This document shows positions 1 through 10,153 of a DNA stretch of 64,000 nt, piece by piece. A program made the translations under genes and the position numbers. How positions within the stretch are numbered: the first letter of the stretch is position 1; each line of letters begins with the position of its first letter. The stretch comes from Cyanophyceae cyanobacterium (GTDB lineage Bacteria > Cyanobacteriota > Cyanobacteriia > Cyanobacteriales > Laspinemataceae), in NCBI GenBank assembly GCA_038321985.1, contig JBBQFN010000009.1, forward strand, positions 97,976 to 161,975. Direction: 5' to 3'. Under the pieces are notes generated by a model. It made no database searches, was not told the DNA's origin, and saw nothing but the letters and a program-made list of their open reading frames with translations.

Positions 1-261
1 GTAGTAGGTCCCGTCGCCACCATCGCCGGATTGACAGCAGCAGGCAGTTTTTATGGGGCCCTAGGCGGTGCGATCGTCGGGACGATTGCCGGAGACAAAT
101 TCACCGCAGGTCAAGCCAATATTTATCATCAACATCTGACCCAAGGACATTACTTAGTCCGGTTAGAAGGGACCGATGAACAAATCGCCCAAGCCGAATC
201 TATTTTGATGGAACATGGCATTCAAGAATGGCAACTGTATGAAAGTACAGATAATTCCTAA
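1..261 (+). CDS. 3' part of a Gly/Ala-rich membrane protein (general-stress-protein-like), 5' end outside the window
   Basis: Frame is open from base 1 (VVGPVATIAGLTAAGSFYGALGG...), with a Gly-zipper followed by the typical YxxxLxxGxYLVxLEG tail; TAA at 259-261. Confidence 0.7.
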   Translation, partial: VVGPVATIAGLTAAGSFYGALGGAIVGTIAGDKFTAGQANIYHQHLTQGHYLVRLEGTDEQIAQAESILMEHGIQEWQLYESTDNS

Positions 262-486
262 GCCATCACTCCCCTCAGTGGGCAATGAAAACGGCGGATG
301 GAAACGCCATTTTCGTTGCCAAGAACTAAAAACTAGGCAAGTTAGGACTAATTTTCCACTCATCTGAACTCTAACAATCCTCTCCAAAGGAAGAGAGATT
401 ATCTTTATAATGTTGTGCCTCTAGTCCCAATTCCAAAAACGGCCTAATATAGTTAAGAACCATGAAGCCAAACTGAGAATAAATGT

Positions 487-1413
487 ATGAAAATTGCGAT
501 CGCGGGTGCAACCGGATTCGTCGGCAGTCGATTAGTGGAGAGATTACAACAAGCCGGTGATCAAGTCTTGATATTAACCCGCAATCCTACCAAAGCCAAG
601 CGAGTCTTTCCTGATGCTGCCTTCCCCAATTTAGAAATCGTTGCCTATACCCCCACAGAATCCGGTCCCTGGCAACAAGCACTCAGCGGGTGTGATGGGG
701 TAGTGAATCTCGCCGGTGCTCCCATCGCAGACGAACGCTGGACCCCTGAACGTAAGCAGGAGATTCTCAACAGTCGCAAACTCGGAACCCGCAAAATTGT
801 CGAGGCGATCGCCACTGCCAATCCCAAACCCTCCGTCCTCGTCAATTCTTCCGCCATTGGATACTACGGCAGCAGCGAAACCAGCACCTTTGACGAAACC
901 AGCACATCCGGTAACGATTTTCTCGCCCAGGTTTGTCAGGAATGGGAAAGTGAGGCGCAGCAGGTGAAGGAATCCGGGACCCGCTTGGCGATTATTCGGA
1001 CCGGAATTGTGGTCGGTAACGGAGGGGCGATCGCCAAAATGCTCACTCCCTTTCGACTCCTCGCCGGAGGCCCTCTAGGAAGCGGCCATCAATGGTTTTC
1101 CTGGATTCATCGCGAAGACCTCGTGAACCTGATTCTATTAACCTTACAACGGTCCGATATCCAAGGCATCCTCAACGGAACTGCCCCCAACCCCGTCCGC
1201 ATGAACGAATTATGTCAAATTCTCGGACAAGTCCTGCATCGGCCTTCCTGGTTACCCGTTCCCGATTTTGCCCTCCAGCTTATCCTCGGTGAAGCCGCAC
1301 AAGTCGTCCTAGAAGGACAGCAAGTGTTACCCAAACGCCCCCTAGAATACGGCTTTGAGTACCGCTATTTCACGGTAAAACCCGCCCTAGAAGAAGTTGT
1401 ATCTCACGGTTAA
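487..1413 (+). CDS. thyD: TIGR01777 family NAD-dependent epimerase-like oxidoreductase (cyanobacterial ThyD/SulA-like)
   Basis: GATGFVG Rossmann motif, VVNLAG, SSAIGYYG, WFSWIHxED and C-terminal LEGQxVLP; the symbol is tentative. Confidence 0.85.
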   Translation: MKIAIAGATGFVGSRLVERLQQAGDQVLILTRNPTKAKRVFPDAAFPNLEIVAYTPTESGPWQQALSGCDGVVNLAGAPIADERWTPERKQEILNSRKLGTRKIVEAIATANPKPSVLVNSSAIGYYGSSETSTFDETSTSGNDFLAQVCQEWESEAQQVKESGTRLAIIRTGIVVGNGGAIAKMLTPFRLLAGGPLGSGHQWFSWIHREDLVNLILLTLQRSDIQGILNGTAPNPVRMNELCQILGQVLHRPSWLPVPDFALQLILGEAAQVVLEGQQVLPKRPLEYGFEYRYFTVKPALEEVVSHG

Positions 1414-1417
1414 TAGG

Positions 1418-1683
1418 AAAAACCTACCAAAACCGGATGCCATTTTTATCGGGGGTGGACTCACCACACCGGATTTGCTGGAAACCGGATGGCGATCGCT
1501 GGGACCTAGCGATCGCCGGGTTGCCAAACCCGTCACAGTCGAGAGTGAACAAATGTTTTTCCAGTGGCAAGGCAAACTGAGAGAAATCCTGACCCGCATG
1601 GTGATTCACCGGGCAGAACCCGTCTGCAAATTCCTAGGATAGAAAGCGATGGCACTCATCACCCACTGGGTTATAGTTAACTT
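1418..1683 (+). pseudogene. C-terminal fragment of precorrin-6Y methyltransferase (CbiE/CbiT, CobL-like)
   Basis: LPKPDAIFIGGG...VTVESEQ...HRAEPVCKFLG*KAMALITHW matches the CobL/CbiT C-terminus; N-terminus absent; internal TAG at 1640-1642. Confidence 0.75.
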
Positions 1684-1748
1684 GCACGGATGCTGCTTGA
1701 GAAAGAGTAATGTTATAACCTAGACACAGTTTTGGTATTTTTACTAAT

Positions 1749-2759
1749 ATGAGTGATTCTCAAAATGCTGAAAATTCCGGTATCGTCCCTCAACAATCAG
1801 GTCGGATCGTGTCTGTTGACGAATTTAAGTGACTATTCTATCAACTTAATGCAAAGCCTGATACTCAAATCCGGTTGCTGCCCGGAAAGAAAAACTTAGA
1901 ATTGGCAGATATCAGAAGTATTAACGAACAGATATTCGCTAAACTTCGCAATCATGATTTAGTCTCAGACATTGCATCCATTAATTTTGTTCTTTCTCCG
2001 AGAAAGATTAAGGATTACTGTACTTGGGCTGAATTTGAAAGAGAAAATTGGGACACAGTTAATGAAAAAGTCTTGGCAATTACTCTCAAATGGGATGTCG
2101 CAATTAAATTACCTCAGTATCAATTGCCTCAAATACATTCCTTAAAGATTAGAATGGGGACTGCAATTCCACCCAAAGATATTTTTCAGCTAATTCTTAC
2201 AAGTGATGATATTGGAGAGTTGATGGAGGCAAGAACACCGAGTATATGTAAAGTGGATTTTGTAAATACTATTCTTGCCGACGAGTTGATGAACATTGTA
2301 GCTAGTTGGCATGAAGGATTGGGCGATTTGCCAGAAACAAATCTTTTAAGCAGTTTTCTGGCTAAAAACGGTAATTTTTTAAGTCAAATGATTGGATATT
2401 TTTCACCTATTGTCTTATTGACAATCTTCTCTCAGTATTATGATTTTTTAATGCCTTTGATTGGGATACAAGCGGAAGTTACAATTAAAATCTTCGAGGC
2501 ATTACTAATCTGGTTAATAGGCATTTTTGTAGTTGGTGCTTTTTTAGGACGTAAGGTTGAAAAATGTATAAACAAACGGATTGACAAACTTGAGGAACAT
2601 CCTCAAGTTTCTATTACAAGGGGTGATAAAAAAGCCGTTGAGGAATTTGAAAAGACCAACAAGAAGCTGACGTATCAAATTGTAAATCGTTTCTTATGGG
2701 TAGTGTTCGGTTTGGTGGTGACTTCTTCAATTAAGTTCGTAATTCAATACTTTTTTTAA
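1749..2759 (+). pseudogene. AT-rich hypothetical membrane protein with an early in-frame TGA (or a shorter CDS 1875-2759)
   Basis: ATG 1749 MSDSQNAE...VDEFK*(TGA 1830-1832)LFYQLNAKPDTQIRLLPGKK continues in frame into the 294-aa ORF; about 3 hydrophobic segments in the C-terminal half. Confidence 0.6.
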
Positions 2760-3009
2760 TGAGAAAAAGGCAAACAAGTCGGGTACAGCGGATTGGCCAA
2801 AATTGCTTAGGTAAGTTGCAAATATCTCGGAAAACGCTTATAAGAGTTGATTTTTTTTGTCTTCAAAAACAAGGAAAAACAGCCAACTTCCTAAATTCGA
2901 TTGATCGCAAAATTTAAATTCTCTATCGCCCAATCGAGCCAAATGAAACATTCAAAAAAGGCTGACTCTAAAAACGGTTTGTGGAGGTATTAAAACCAAG
3001 GTAAAATCT

Positions 3010-3189
3010 ATGGAAAAAGTTGTTCACAAAACCACGAAAAAACAGCAAACTAGCGACTTTCACTACTGGCAAAATCAGCCCCCCCTTAAACGCATTGAAG
3101 CCCTAGAACAAATCCGCCGAGAATACCATCAATATAGATACAATGCTGAACCCAGATTTCAAATAGTTTATACAATTATTAAACTCTAA
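3010..3189 (+). CDS. 59-aa protein of the type that precedes minimal nucleotidyltransferase genes
   Basis: MEKVVHKTTKKQQTSDFHYWQNQPPLKRIEALEQIRREYHQYRYNAEPRFQIVYTIIKL; GGAGG upstream; overlaps the next gene; below the ORF-track cutoff. Confidence 0.7.
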   Translation: MEKVVHKTTKKQQTSDFHYWQNQPPLKRIEALEQIRREYHQYRYNAEPRFQIVYTIIKL

Positions 3190-3580
3190 TCAAGTTAACT
3201 ATCTGATTATTGGTGGTTATGCCGTTGCTATTCATGGACACCCGCGCTACACCAAAGATATAGATATTTGGCTAGAAATGTCATCAGAAAACGCCGATAA
3301 AATCATAATTGCCCTTGAGCAATTTGGCTTTGGCAGCCTTGGCTTATCTGCCCAAGACTTTCAAACCCCCGACCAAATCATTCAACTGGGTTATCCTCCC
3401 AATCGCATTGATCTAATTACCACCCCTGACGGCATTGATTTTGAAACCTGCTATAGTTCAAAAACCGAGGTTATTGTTGATGATATTCCCGTTCAATTTA
3501 TCGATCTGGACAATCTAAAAAAAAATAAAAAAGCATCGGGCAGACTACAAGATCTAGCCGATCTAGAAAATCTGGAATAA
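3143..3580 (+). pseudogene. Minimal nucleotidyltransferase family protein with a premature TAG
   Basis: MLNPDFK*(TAG 3164-3166)FIQLLNSNQVNYLIIGGYAVAIHGHPRYTKDIDIW...[14 protein letters not shown]; the GG...DxD motif lies upstream of the 3278 ORF-track start. Confidence 0.8.
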
Positions 3581-3690
3581 TGCCCTATTACGCCGTAGAA
3601 GCCATTATCAAGCGAGTCAAGGATACCGATAAAAACGGCTATATCTGGGATACCACAGGCTCAGGCAAAACCCTCGCCTCGTTCTCCCCA
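3580..3690 (+). pseudogene. Short fragment of type I restriction endonuclease subunit HsdR (Walker A region)
   Basis: [33 protein letters not shown] resembles HsdR GxIWHTTGSGKT; similarity is lost immediately afterwards. Confidence 0.7.
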
Positions 3691-3868
3691 ACTCCAACAC
3701 CTTCATGTACCCCGATCGCCCTTACCCCAGAGCAAAAGTTCCTCATCCCCAACTCCAACCCTCGAAAAAGAGTTTTTATACCTAAAAAAAATGTGGCTGT
3801 ACCTGAATTCAGGACAGCCGCCCAAGCTTAGTATTCTGTATAGAATATGAAGTTTTATTAACTTCCTC

Positions 3869-4060
3869 TTAATCTAAGGCGTCCCCTAATTCGGAGTCCG
3901 CTTCCAGATTATCCGGATCGACATAGTGACAGGAATTTTCGACGCAAATCAGCGCCCAACCAGAATCTTCTATCCCCATCAACTTATAAGAGGCTTCTTG
4001 AACGAAAAATCCTTTATGATTGCGGGTCTCGGGTTTGACAGTAACATTATCCATAGTCAT
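3869..4060 (-). CDS. Small hypothetical protein (63 aa)
   Basis: AGGAG RBS upstream (ctcct at ~4071-4075 on +); globular acidic composition with a CxxxxCH motif. Confidence 0.65.
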   Translation of the reverse strand: MTMDNVTVKPETRNHKGFFVQEASYKLMGIEDSGWALICVENSCHYVDPDNLEADSELGDALD

Positions 4061-4584
4061 TTGTACTCAACTCCTTGTTTAAAATCTGGTTTACGATTAA
4101 ACTAACCTGAGGGTTTAATCACTAAGTTCATCAAATCTTATCATTAAAATCTCCTTTTTTTTATTAAGTTTTTCAAAAAAATATTAACAAATATAAATAC
4201 TCCCCCTAGTTCTGGTCTTGATTGCTTCAGGTCCTTGATCAGAATGTAGGGAATCGGACCAAAGTGATGGATTGAAGTCACATTTAAGCTCCAATAAGGG
4301 GCGATGCTCAGGGGTTTACATAAACCTTAAAACTTTCTTAAAACTTAAGCGAGAATTCTCAGAGGGCTGGACCCCTAATGGTTTGGAAAAATGGGTTGTC
4401 AACAGCATAGGGGGAGTGGGGCTGAATTTGTTTAGGTAAAATTGCTGTTAGCAACCCTCAGAAGGGGGTAGAGTAGGGAACTCTCTAACTCCCGAACGCT
4501 TCGAGTCACACCAGTGATCAATCGGCGATCGCGAAGACCCTAATTTTGTGCTAAACCTAGAATTAAAATCATGCAAAAGAGGGA

Positions 4585-5178
4585 ATGCGGCAACCCATGA
4601 ATAGGTCGTTATTAACGCAAGTATTGAGAGGAAGCGGGTTAGGGGTGATCGCACTCTTGCAGACCCTTACTCCGACATTGACCCTCGCGCAACCTTCAAC
4701 TCAAGTAACAAACCCGACCTTTTTTTGCGGGAGTGTAGATGGGATTCCCGCAACGATGGCGCGTACCTCTACCGGGGAAATGCCAATGGTAATTTGGGAT
4801 ATAAATACCATTAAAGACCCCAATATTAACCTTCAAAAACAGTGTGAGGAAGTCTCTAATCGCTTCCAAACCTACTCGGACAACGGCACACTTAACTATA
4901 TCACCAGTGGGATTATGAACGGGCAACTGGTCGCCTGTGTTGCGCCCGGAGAAAATGAGCCATGCAGCGGGATATTGTTCCCTCTAAGTGGGGGAAGCAA
5001 TCCCCGAGGAATACTGCAACGGATGTTCCGAATTCGGGTGGCATCCTCTGCACCGATCGCCGAAACAACTGATCGCCTGTACATCCGCTTTGATAAGTAT
5101 TTAAACGGGGAATATCCCCAACTCCCCGGATTGGGAAGTCGGACCCCGCCAGTTCCTCGTCGAGATGTTCCCGAATAA
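4585..5178 (+). CDS. COP23 (circadian oscillating protein 23) domain secreted protein
   Basis: Signal-peptide-like N-terminus; FFCG..G.PAT.A, QCEEVSNRFQ, LNYITSGIMNGQLVAC..C.GILF.L pattern; alternative start 4597. Confidence 0.85.
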   Translation: MRQPMNRSLLTQVLRGSGLGVIALLQTLTPTLTLAQPSTQVTNPTFFCGSVDGIPATMARTSTGEMPMVIWDINTIKDPNINLQKQCEEVSNRFQTYSDNGTLNYITSGIMNGQLVACVAPGENEPCSGILFPLSGGSNPRGILQRMFRIRVASSAPIAETTDRLYIRFDKYLNGEYPQLPGLGSRTPPVPRRDVPE

Positions 5179-5196
5179 AGGTTAGGCACAAACAGT

Positions 5197-6858
5197 ATGA
5201 AATGGTCTACGGCGGGTCTATCAGCGGCGATTCTCGGTTTAGGGGCGGTAATTTTAGTCGCACAGGCCCCGATTTCTCTACCTCAAACCCAGGGGATTGA
5301 AGAACAGGCGATTTCCGCAATGGGTCGCGATGTTTCGGTGGTGATTAATGGTCAAAATCCCGGTTCGGGGGTAATTATTGCCCGCCGTGGCAATACTTAC
5401 ACGGTTCTGACGGCCAAACACGCGATCGCCACCCCAGATGAATATGCCATTCTCACTAGCGATGCTCAAACCCATCCGGTGGATTATGGCACAGTCAAAA
5501 AACTGCCCGGAGTGGATTTAGCGGTGGTGGAATTCACCAGTCCCAACCGCTACCGAGTTGCTCATTTCGGCAATTCTGATGATGCAATGGAAGGGGCAAC
5601 AATTTATGTATCCGGTTGGCCCCATCCGGGACGAGTGATTACGGAACGCATTTATCAGGTTGCCAAAGGGACAATTTCCGGTCGTCCTCTCACCGCATTA
5701 GAGGATGGATATGGGTTGATTTATACTAATATCACCCGTTCGGGAATGAGTGGGGGTCCGGTGTTTGACAACCAGGGCCGGTTAATTGGCATTCACGGAC
5801 GTGCCGAAGGGGAACCGATTTACAATCCTGATACGGGAGATACGGTGGATGTCAAATCCGGGTTTAATGTGGGAATTCCCATTAATACTTTTGTGAGTTT
5901 GGCCGGGGAAACGGGGATCAATTTACCCCACTTAGGGGATAATTTTGCTGCTGCCAGTGTGACACTTCCGGCACATTCGGCGTTAGTGTTAGCGGTGGCA
6001 GTGGCCCCGGACAATCAGGCGATCGCCAGTGGAAGTCGAGATGGCATCATCAAACTTGCTAATGGGAATAGCGGCCAAGAACTCCGCACCCTCACCGGCC
6101 ATACCGATGCAGTAACGGCCCTCACGTTTAGTCCCGATGGACAAACTTTAGTGAGTGGCAGTGAGGATGGGACGGTCAAAATTTGGAACCGGCAGTCAGG
6201 GGAACAGGTGAGAAGCATCAAGGGCGATCGCTCCTTTGTTCGGGCAGTGGCCTTTAGTCCTGATGGCACTCTACTCGCTTCCGGCAGTGCGGAAGATACA
6301 GACATTAAACTCTGGAATCCTCAAACTGGAGACTTAATTCGCACCCTCACCGGACATCGAGACTATGTGAATACCGTGGCCTTTAGTCCCGATGGCAAAG
6401 TTCTGGTGAGTGGCAGTACCGATAAAACCATCAAACTCTGGAATCCCGATACGGGAGAAACCATCCAGACCCTTACCGGGAATGCCAACCGGATTACCTC
6501 CGTTGCCACGACACCTTATGGCAATCTCCTCGCTGCTGCCAGTGCAGAAGATGGACTGGTGAAAGTGTGGAATCTTCGCACGGGGGAATTGCTACATACA
6601 TTAACAGGTCATAGGGGAACCGTTTACAGTATTGCCATTGACCCCTACGGCCATATTCTTGCCAGTAGCGGAATTGATGGGACAATCCAGATTTGGAACC
6701 TCTATACGGGGAATCGGGTGCGAAATTTGGAAGTGAAAAATTTAGGGAGTGGCACTCCAAGTCCAGTGTTTTCCCTCGCCTTTTCTAGGGAAGGGAACAT
6801 TCTAGTTAGTGGGGCCGATAATGGCATGGTTCAATTGTGGCAAATTCCCCAACGTTAA
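5197..6858 (+). CDS. Secreted trypsin-like serine protease + WD40 beta-propeller
   Basis: Signal peptide; TAKH / DLAV / GMSGG triad; about 7 canonical GH...W WD40 repeats. Confidence 0.9.
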   Translation: MKWSTAGLSAAILGLGAVILVAQAPISLPQTQGIEEQAISAMGRDVSVVINGQNPGSGVIIARRGNTYTVLTAKHAIATPDEYAILTSDAQTHPVDYGTVKKLPGVDLAVVEFTSPNRYRVAHFGNSDDAMEGATIYVSGWPHPGRVITERIYQVAKGTISGRPLTALEDGYGLIYTNITRSGMSGGPVFDNQGRLIGIHGRAEGEPIYNPDTGDTVDVKSGFNVGIPINTFVSLAGETGINLPHLGDNFAAASVTLPAHSALVLAVAVAPDNQAIASGSRDGIIKLANGNSGQELRTLTGHTDAVTALTFSPDGQTLVSGSEDGTVKIWNRQSGEQVRSIKGDRSFVRAVAFSPDGTLLASGSAEDTDIKLWNPQTGDLIRTLTGHRDYVNTVAFSPDGKVLVSGSTDKTIKLWNPDTGETIQTLTGNANRITSVATTPYGNLLAAASAEDGLVKVWNLRTGELLHTLTGHRGTVYSIAIDPYGHILASSGIDGTIQIWNLYTGNRVRNLEVKNLGSGTPSPVFSLAFSREGNILVSGADNGMVQLWQIPQR

Positions 6859-6884
6859 CGGTATTTTAGAGTGAATTAAATCCC

Positions 6885-8573
6885 ATGTTTCGGAATTGGT
6901 ATTCTGGCATTTCCACAGTTCTATTAAGCGCTACAATTGTAGCGCTTTCATCGACTTTTGCTCATCCTCAAACGGTGGATGAGCGAGTGATTGCAGCCAT
7001 TGCAAAATCCATAACGGTGATTATTCAGGGTCAAAATCCCGGTTCGGGAATTATTATTGCCAAACAGGGTAACACTTACACGGTTTTAACTGCCAAGCAC
7101 GTTCTGGCAACTGAGGATACTTATCAAATTGTCACCCCCGGGGGTACTGTATATCCGCTCAACTATAACCAGGTCACTAAACTGCCGAATTTAGACCTTG
7201 CCTTGGCCCAGTTTACCAGTTCTGAATATTATCCTGTGGCAGTGATGGGGAACTCGGATACGACCACAGAAGGAACGGGGGTTTATATTTCTGGATGGCC
7301 GCATCCCGGAGAGGCAATTACCCAACGGATCTTTCAAATTACCTCGGGAAAACTTTCAGGGCGAGCGATGGGGGCGGCAGATGAGGGATATGAATTAGTG
7401 TACACCAATGTGACGCGATCGGGAATGAGTGGCGGCCCGGTTTTTGATGACAGTGGGTTACTAATTGGCATTCACGGACGCGCAGAAGGGGAACCGATTT
7501 ATAATCCCGAGACAGGGGATACAGTGGCGGTGAAATCCGGGTTTAATTTAGGGATTCCCCTGAATCTATTTTTAGAAACCGCTACCGAAGTTGGAGTTAA
7601 TTTACCCTATGCGCGATTTAACTTTTTTTCCGTGCAGGATTTGAAAGTCGATGACAAGTTTTTTGTGACTTCGGCAGCGATCGCACCGGATAATCAGACT
7701 GTGATTGTAGGGTATGGAGATGGGATAATTCGCGTCTGGGATTTGTCTACGGGGGAATTAAAACAAACCTGGGATCAAGGCAGTCGGCATCTCACTAAAA
7801 AAGTCCATATCACCCCCGATGGAAAATCTTTAGTTAGTCTACATCGTCGCGATGCAGAACCGGATATCATTCAGGTGTGGGACATAAAGACGGGGACAAT
7901 TCAACACACCTTTAACGGTGATTTTTTCACGGCAATGAGTCCCGAGGGTCAACTGATTGCCACGGCAAATCATGGCGATAATGTGATTAATTTGTGGGAG
8001 GTGCAAACGGGAACTCTCAAAACAGCGATCGCCTTCGATGAGGAAGTCACCGATTTAGCTTTTAGTCAGGATGGTCAATGGATTGCTGTTGCGAATGCTT
8101 ATCACGGCAGACTTTTGAACTTAGCGACCCAAGACCCTATTCAAACGGTTCAATATCCCTTCGATACTCCCGCAAAACAAACCGTGCGATGTGTTGCCCT
8201 TAGTCCCGATGGAACAACATTTGTCACGGCCTTAATGCCCCGGTCTAATTTTTCTGGTCGAGTAATTATATGGGATATTCAAACGGGGGAAATCCTCCAA
8301 AACTGGACGATTCCTAAAACACATATTAAATGGAATTGTTCTTTATTTTTTGACCCTTCAGGACAACGATTAGTGTTAGCAGGAGGGTCGGTTGAGGATG
8401 AAGACTCGGTGTTGATGTGGAATGTGCAAACTGGCAATGCACTGGTTTTTCCCCAAGGGAAAACCACGGCTGCCTTCAGTCCGGATGGTCAAACTTTTGT
8501 AACAGGCCGTTATGATAAAAAGGGTATGGGTGCTGGAGCAGAATTTATGACGATTTGGCGACCTAAACCTTAG
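6885..8573 (+). CDS. Secreted trypsin-like serine protease + divergent WD40 propeller
   Basis: TAKH / DLAL / GMSGG; repeated SPDG...IxxWDxxTG units lacking most GH dipeptides. Confidence 0.9.
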   Translation: MFRNWYSGISTVLLSATIVALSSTFAHPQTVDERVIAAIAKSITVIIQGQNPGSGIIIAKQGNTYTVLTAKHVLATEDTYQIVTPGGTVYPLNYNQVTKLPNLDLALAQFTSSEYYPVAVMGNSDTTTEGTGVYISGWPHPGEAITQRIFQITSGKLSGRAMGAADEGYELVYTNVTRSGMSGGPVFDDSGLLIGIHGRAEGEPIYNPETGDTVAVKSGFNLGIPLNLFLETATEVGVNLPYARFNFFSVQDLKVDDKFFVTSAAIAPDNQTVIVGYGDGIIRVWDLSTGELKQTWDQGSRHLTKKVHITPDGKSLVSLHRRDAEPDIIQVWDIKTGTIQHTFNGDFFTAMSPEGQLIATANHGDNVINLWEVQTGTLKTAIAFDEEVTDLAFSQDGQWIAVANAYHGRLLNLATQDPIQTVQYPFDTPAKQTVRCVALSPDGTTFVTALMPRSNFSGRVIIWDIQTGEILQNWTIPKTHIKWNCSLFFDPSGQRLVLAGGSVEDEDSVLMWNVQTGNALVFPQGKTTAAFSPDGQTFVTGRYDKKGMGAGAEFMTIWRPKP

Positions 8574-8588
8574 AAAAAATGGTGAAAT

Positions 8589-10088
8589 ATGAGTCAAAAT
8601 TTTGTTGATTTTAATCCAATCGTCGTGACGATCGCCATTGCTGGGGTGATGGGGGTTTCTATGCCAGGGGCGATCGCTCAACTGAACCAGCAGCAAGTGT
8701 CGGCAATGGCAGAACAGGTCACCGTCCTGATTCAGGGACAAAATCCCGGATCCGGGGTGATTATCGGCCAATCCGGGGATTCCTACTTTGTTCTCACGGC
8801 CAAGCACGTTGTTGCCACGCCGGATGAATATTACATTGTTACCTCGGATCAACAAAAATACCCCCTCGACTATCAACGAATCCATAAGATAGCTGAAGCT
8901 GATTTAGCGGTGGTTCAGTTTACCAGCGATCGCAGCTATGACCTGGCAAGGATAGGAAATTCGGATCAAGTTATCCAAGGGAATATTGTATATGTTGCGG
9001 GATGGCCTCATCCGGGGGAAGCTATCACGGACCGGATTTTTCAACTCACAACCGGGACAGTTTCAGGGCGATCGCCCTCAGAAACTTCCGACGGGTATGA
9101 ATTAGTTTATACCAATATAACCCGTTCGGGGATGAGTGGCGGTCCTATATTTAACCCGGAGGGTGAATTAATTGGCATTCATGGACAATCCGAGGGACAA
9201 AATATTTATAATCCTGATACCGGGGATATGGTCTCTGTTAAGGCAGGATTTAATTTAGGAATCCCCTTAGCAACTTTTATGCAATTGAACGAACCCAACC
9301 CTTTACCGCCCAATCCTAGTTTTGCCAATCCGCTTACCTACGCAGCAATCCAGGCATTAGGAGAAAACCGCGTGACCGATGCAGTCCGTTTATATAAGCG
9401 GGCGACGGAGGTAAATCCGGAGTATTTAGAGGCGATATTTGGACTCGGACAGGCGTACTATGAATCCGGCGATCGCAACTTGGCGTTGAGTCAGTTTGAA
9501 AAGGCGGTAGAATTAACTCGGGCTGAAATGGAACGACTACGATCGCTCAGTAGACTGGAAGTTGTAGCTTATAATAACCAGGTGAATGCAGAATTGGCCT
9601 TGGGGACCCTGTTGTTTACATCCGGCAATCGCCTTGAAGGATTAAATCTGCTCGTGGGTCTTTTGCAGTATAATAACCAGATGGTGAGAGACAAACTCTT
9701 TCAACCGGATTTTGCCAGTAGTCGCCTGCGGAGTGATGCAGTCCCCCTGCAACAATATGCTGAAAAAATCCTATCTACAACAGCGGGTAAATTACCGCCA
9801 GAATTCAATCAGGGACAGGTTCTCTACGAACTCGGACAAGTGGAGGCAGCGATTCCCTATTTTCAAATTATCCTGGATAAATATAAAAATGACCCCCGAG
9901 TCATGTTAGCACTCGCGATCGCATTACAGGAAACCGGCCAAAGCGATCGGGCCGCTGTCTTACTCCAGGAGATGCAAACGGACCAATCCCAGGACGCAGT
10001 GACGGGGGAACCGGGAGGATGGTTGGGCATTTTTTGGAGCGATCGCCTGATTGAAAAAGCTCGAACATTGATTCCTCCTCAGACATAA
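8589..10088 (+). CDS. Secreted trypsin-like serine protease + TPR repeats
   Basis: TAKH / DLAV / GMSGG; TPR-like AVRLYKRATEVNPEYLEAIFGLGQAYYESG. Confidence 0.9.
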   Translation: MSQNFVDFNPIVVTIAIAGVMGVSMPGAIAQLNQQQVSAMAEQVTVLIQGQNPGSGVIIGQSGDSYFVLTAKHVVATPDEYYIVTSDQQKYPLDYQRIHKIAEADLAVVQFTSDRSYDLARIGNSDQVIQGNIVYVAGWPHPGEAITDRIFQLTTGTVSGRSPSETSDGYELVYTNITRSGMSGGPIFNPEGELIGIHGQSEGQNIYNPDTGDMVSVKAGFNLGIPLATFMQLNEPNPLPPNPSFANPLTYAAIQALGENRVTDAVRLYKRATEVNPEYLEAIFGLGQAYYESGDRNLALSQFEKAVELTRAEMERLRSLSRLEVVAYNNQVNAELALGTLLFTSGNRLEGLNLLVGLLQYNNQMVRDKLFQPDFASSRLRSDAVPLQQYAEKILSTTAGKLPPEFNQGQVLYELGQVEAAIPYFQIILDKYKNDPRVMLALAIALQETGQSDRAAVLLQEMQTDQSQDAVTGEPGGWLGIFWSDRLIEKARTLIPPQT

Positions 10089-10153
10089 AAATCTTCGATG
10101 TATCTACATTTTACCGGCCTTCCTCTCACAAAAACTCACTCCACTTATCCCCT

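Noticed and set aside
1830..3166. Stop-codon recoding to explain the in-frame stops
   Set aside because: Both TGA and TAG are involved, both end normal genes in this window, and neighbouring genes are plainly decayed
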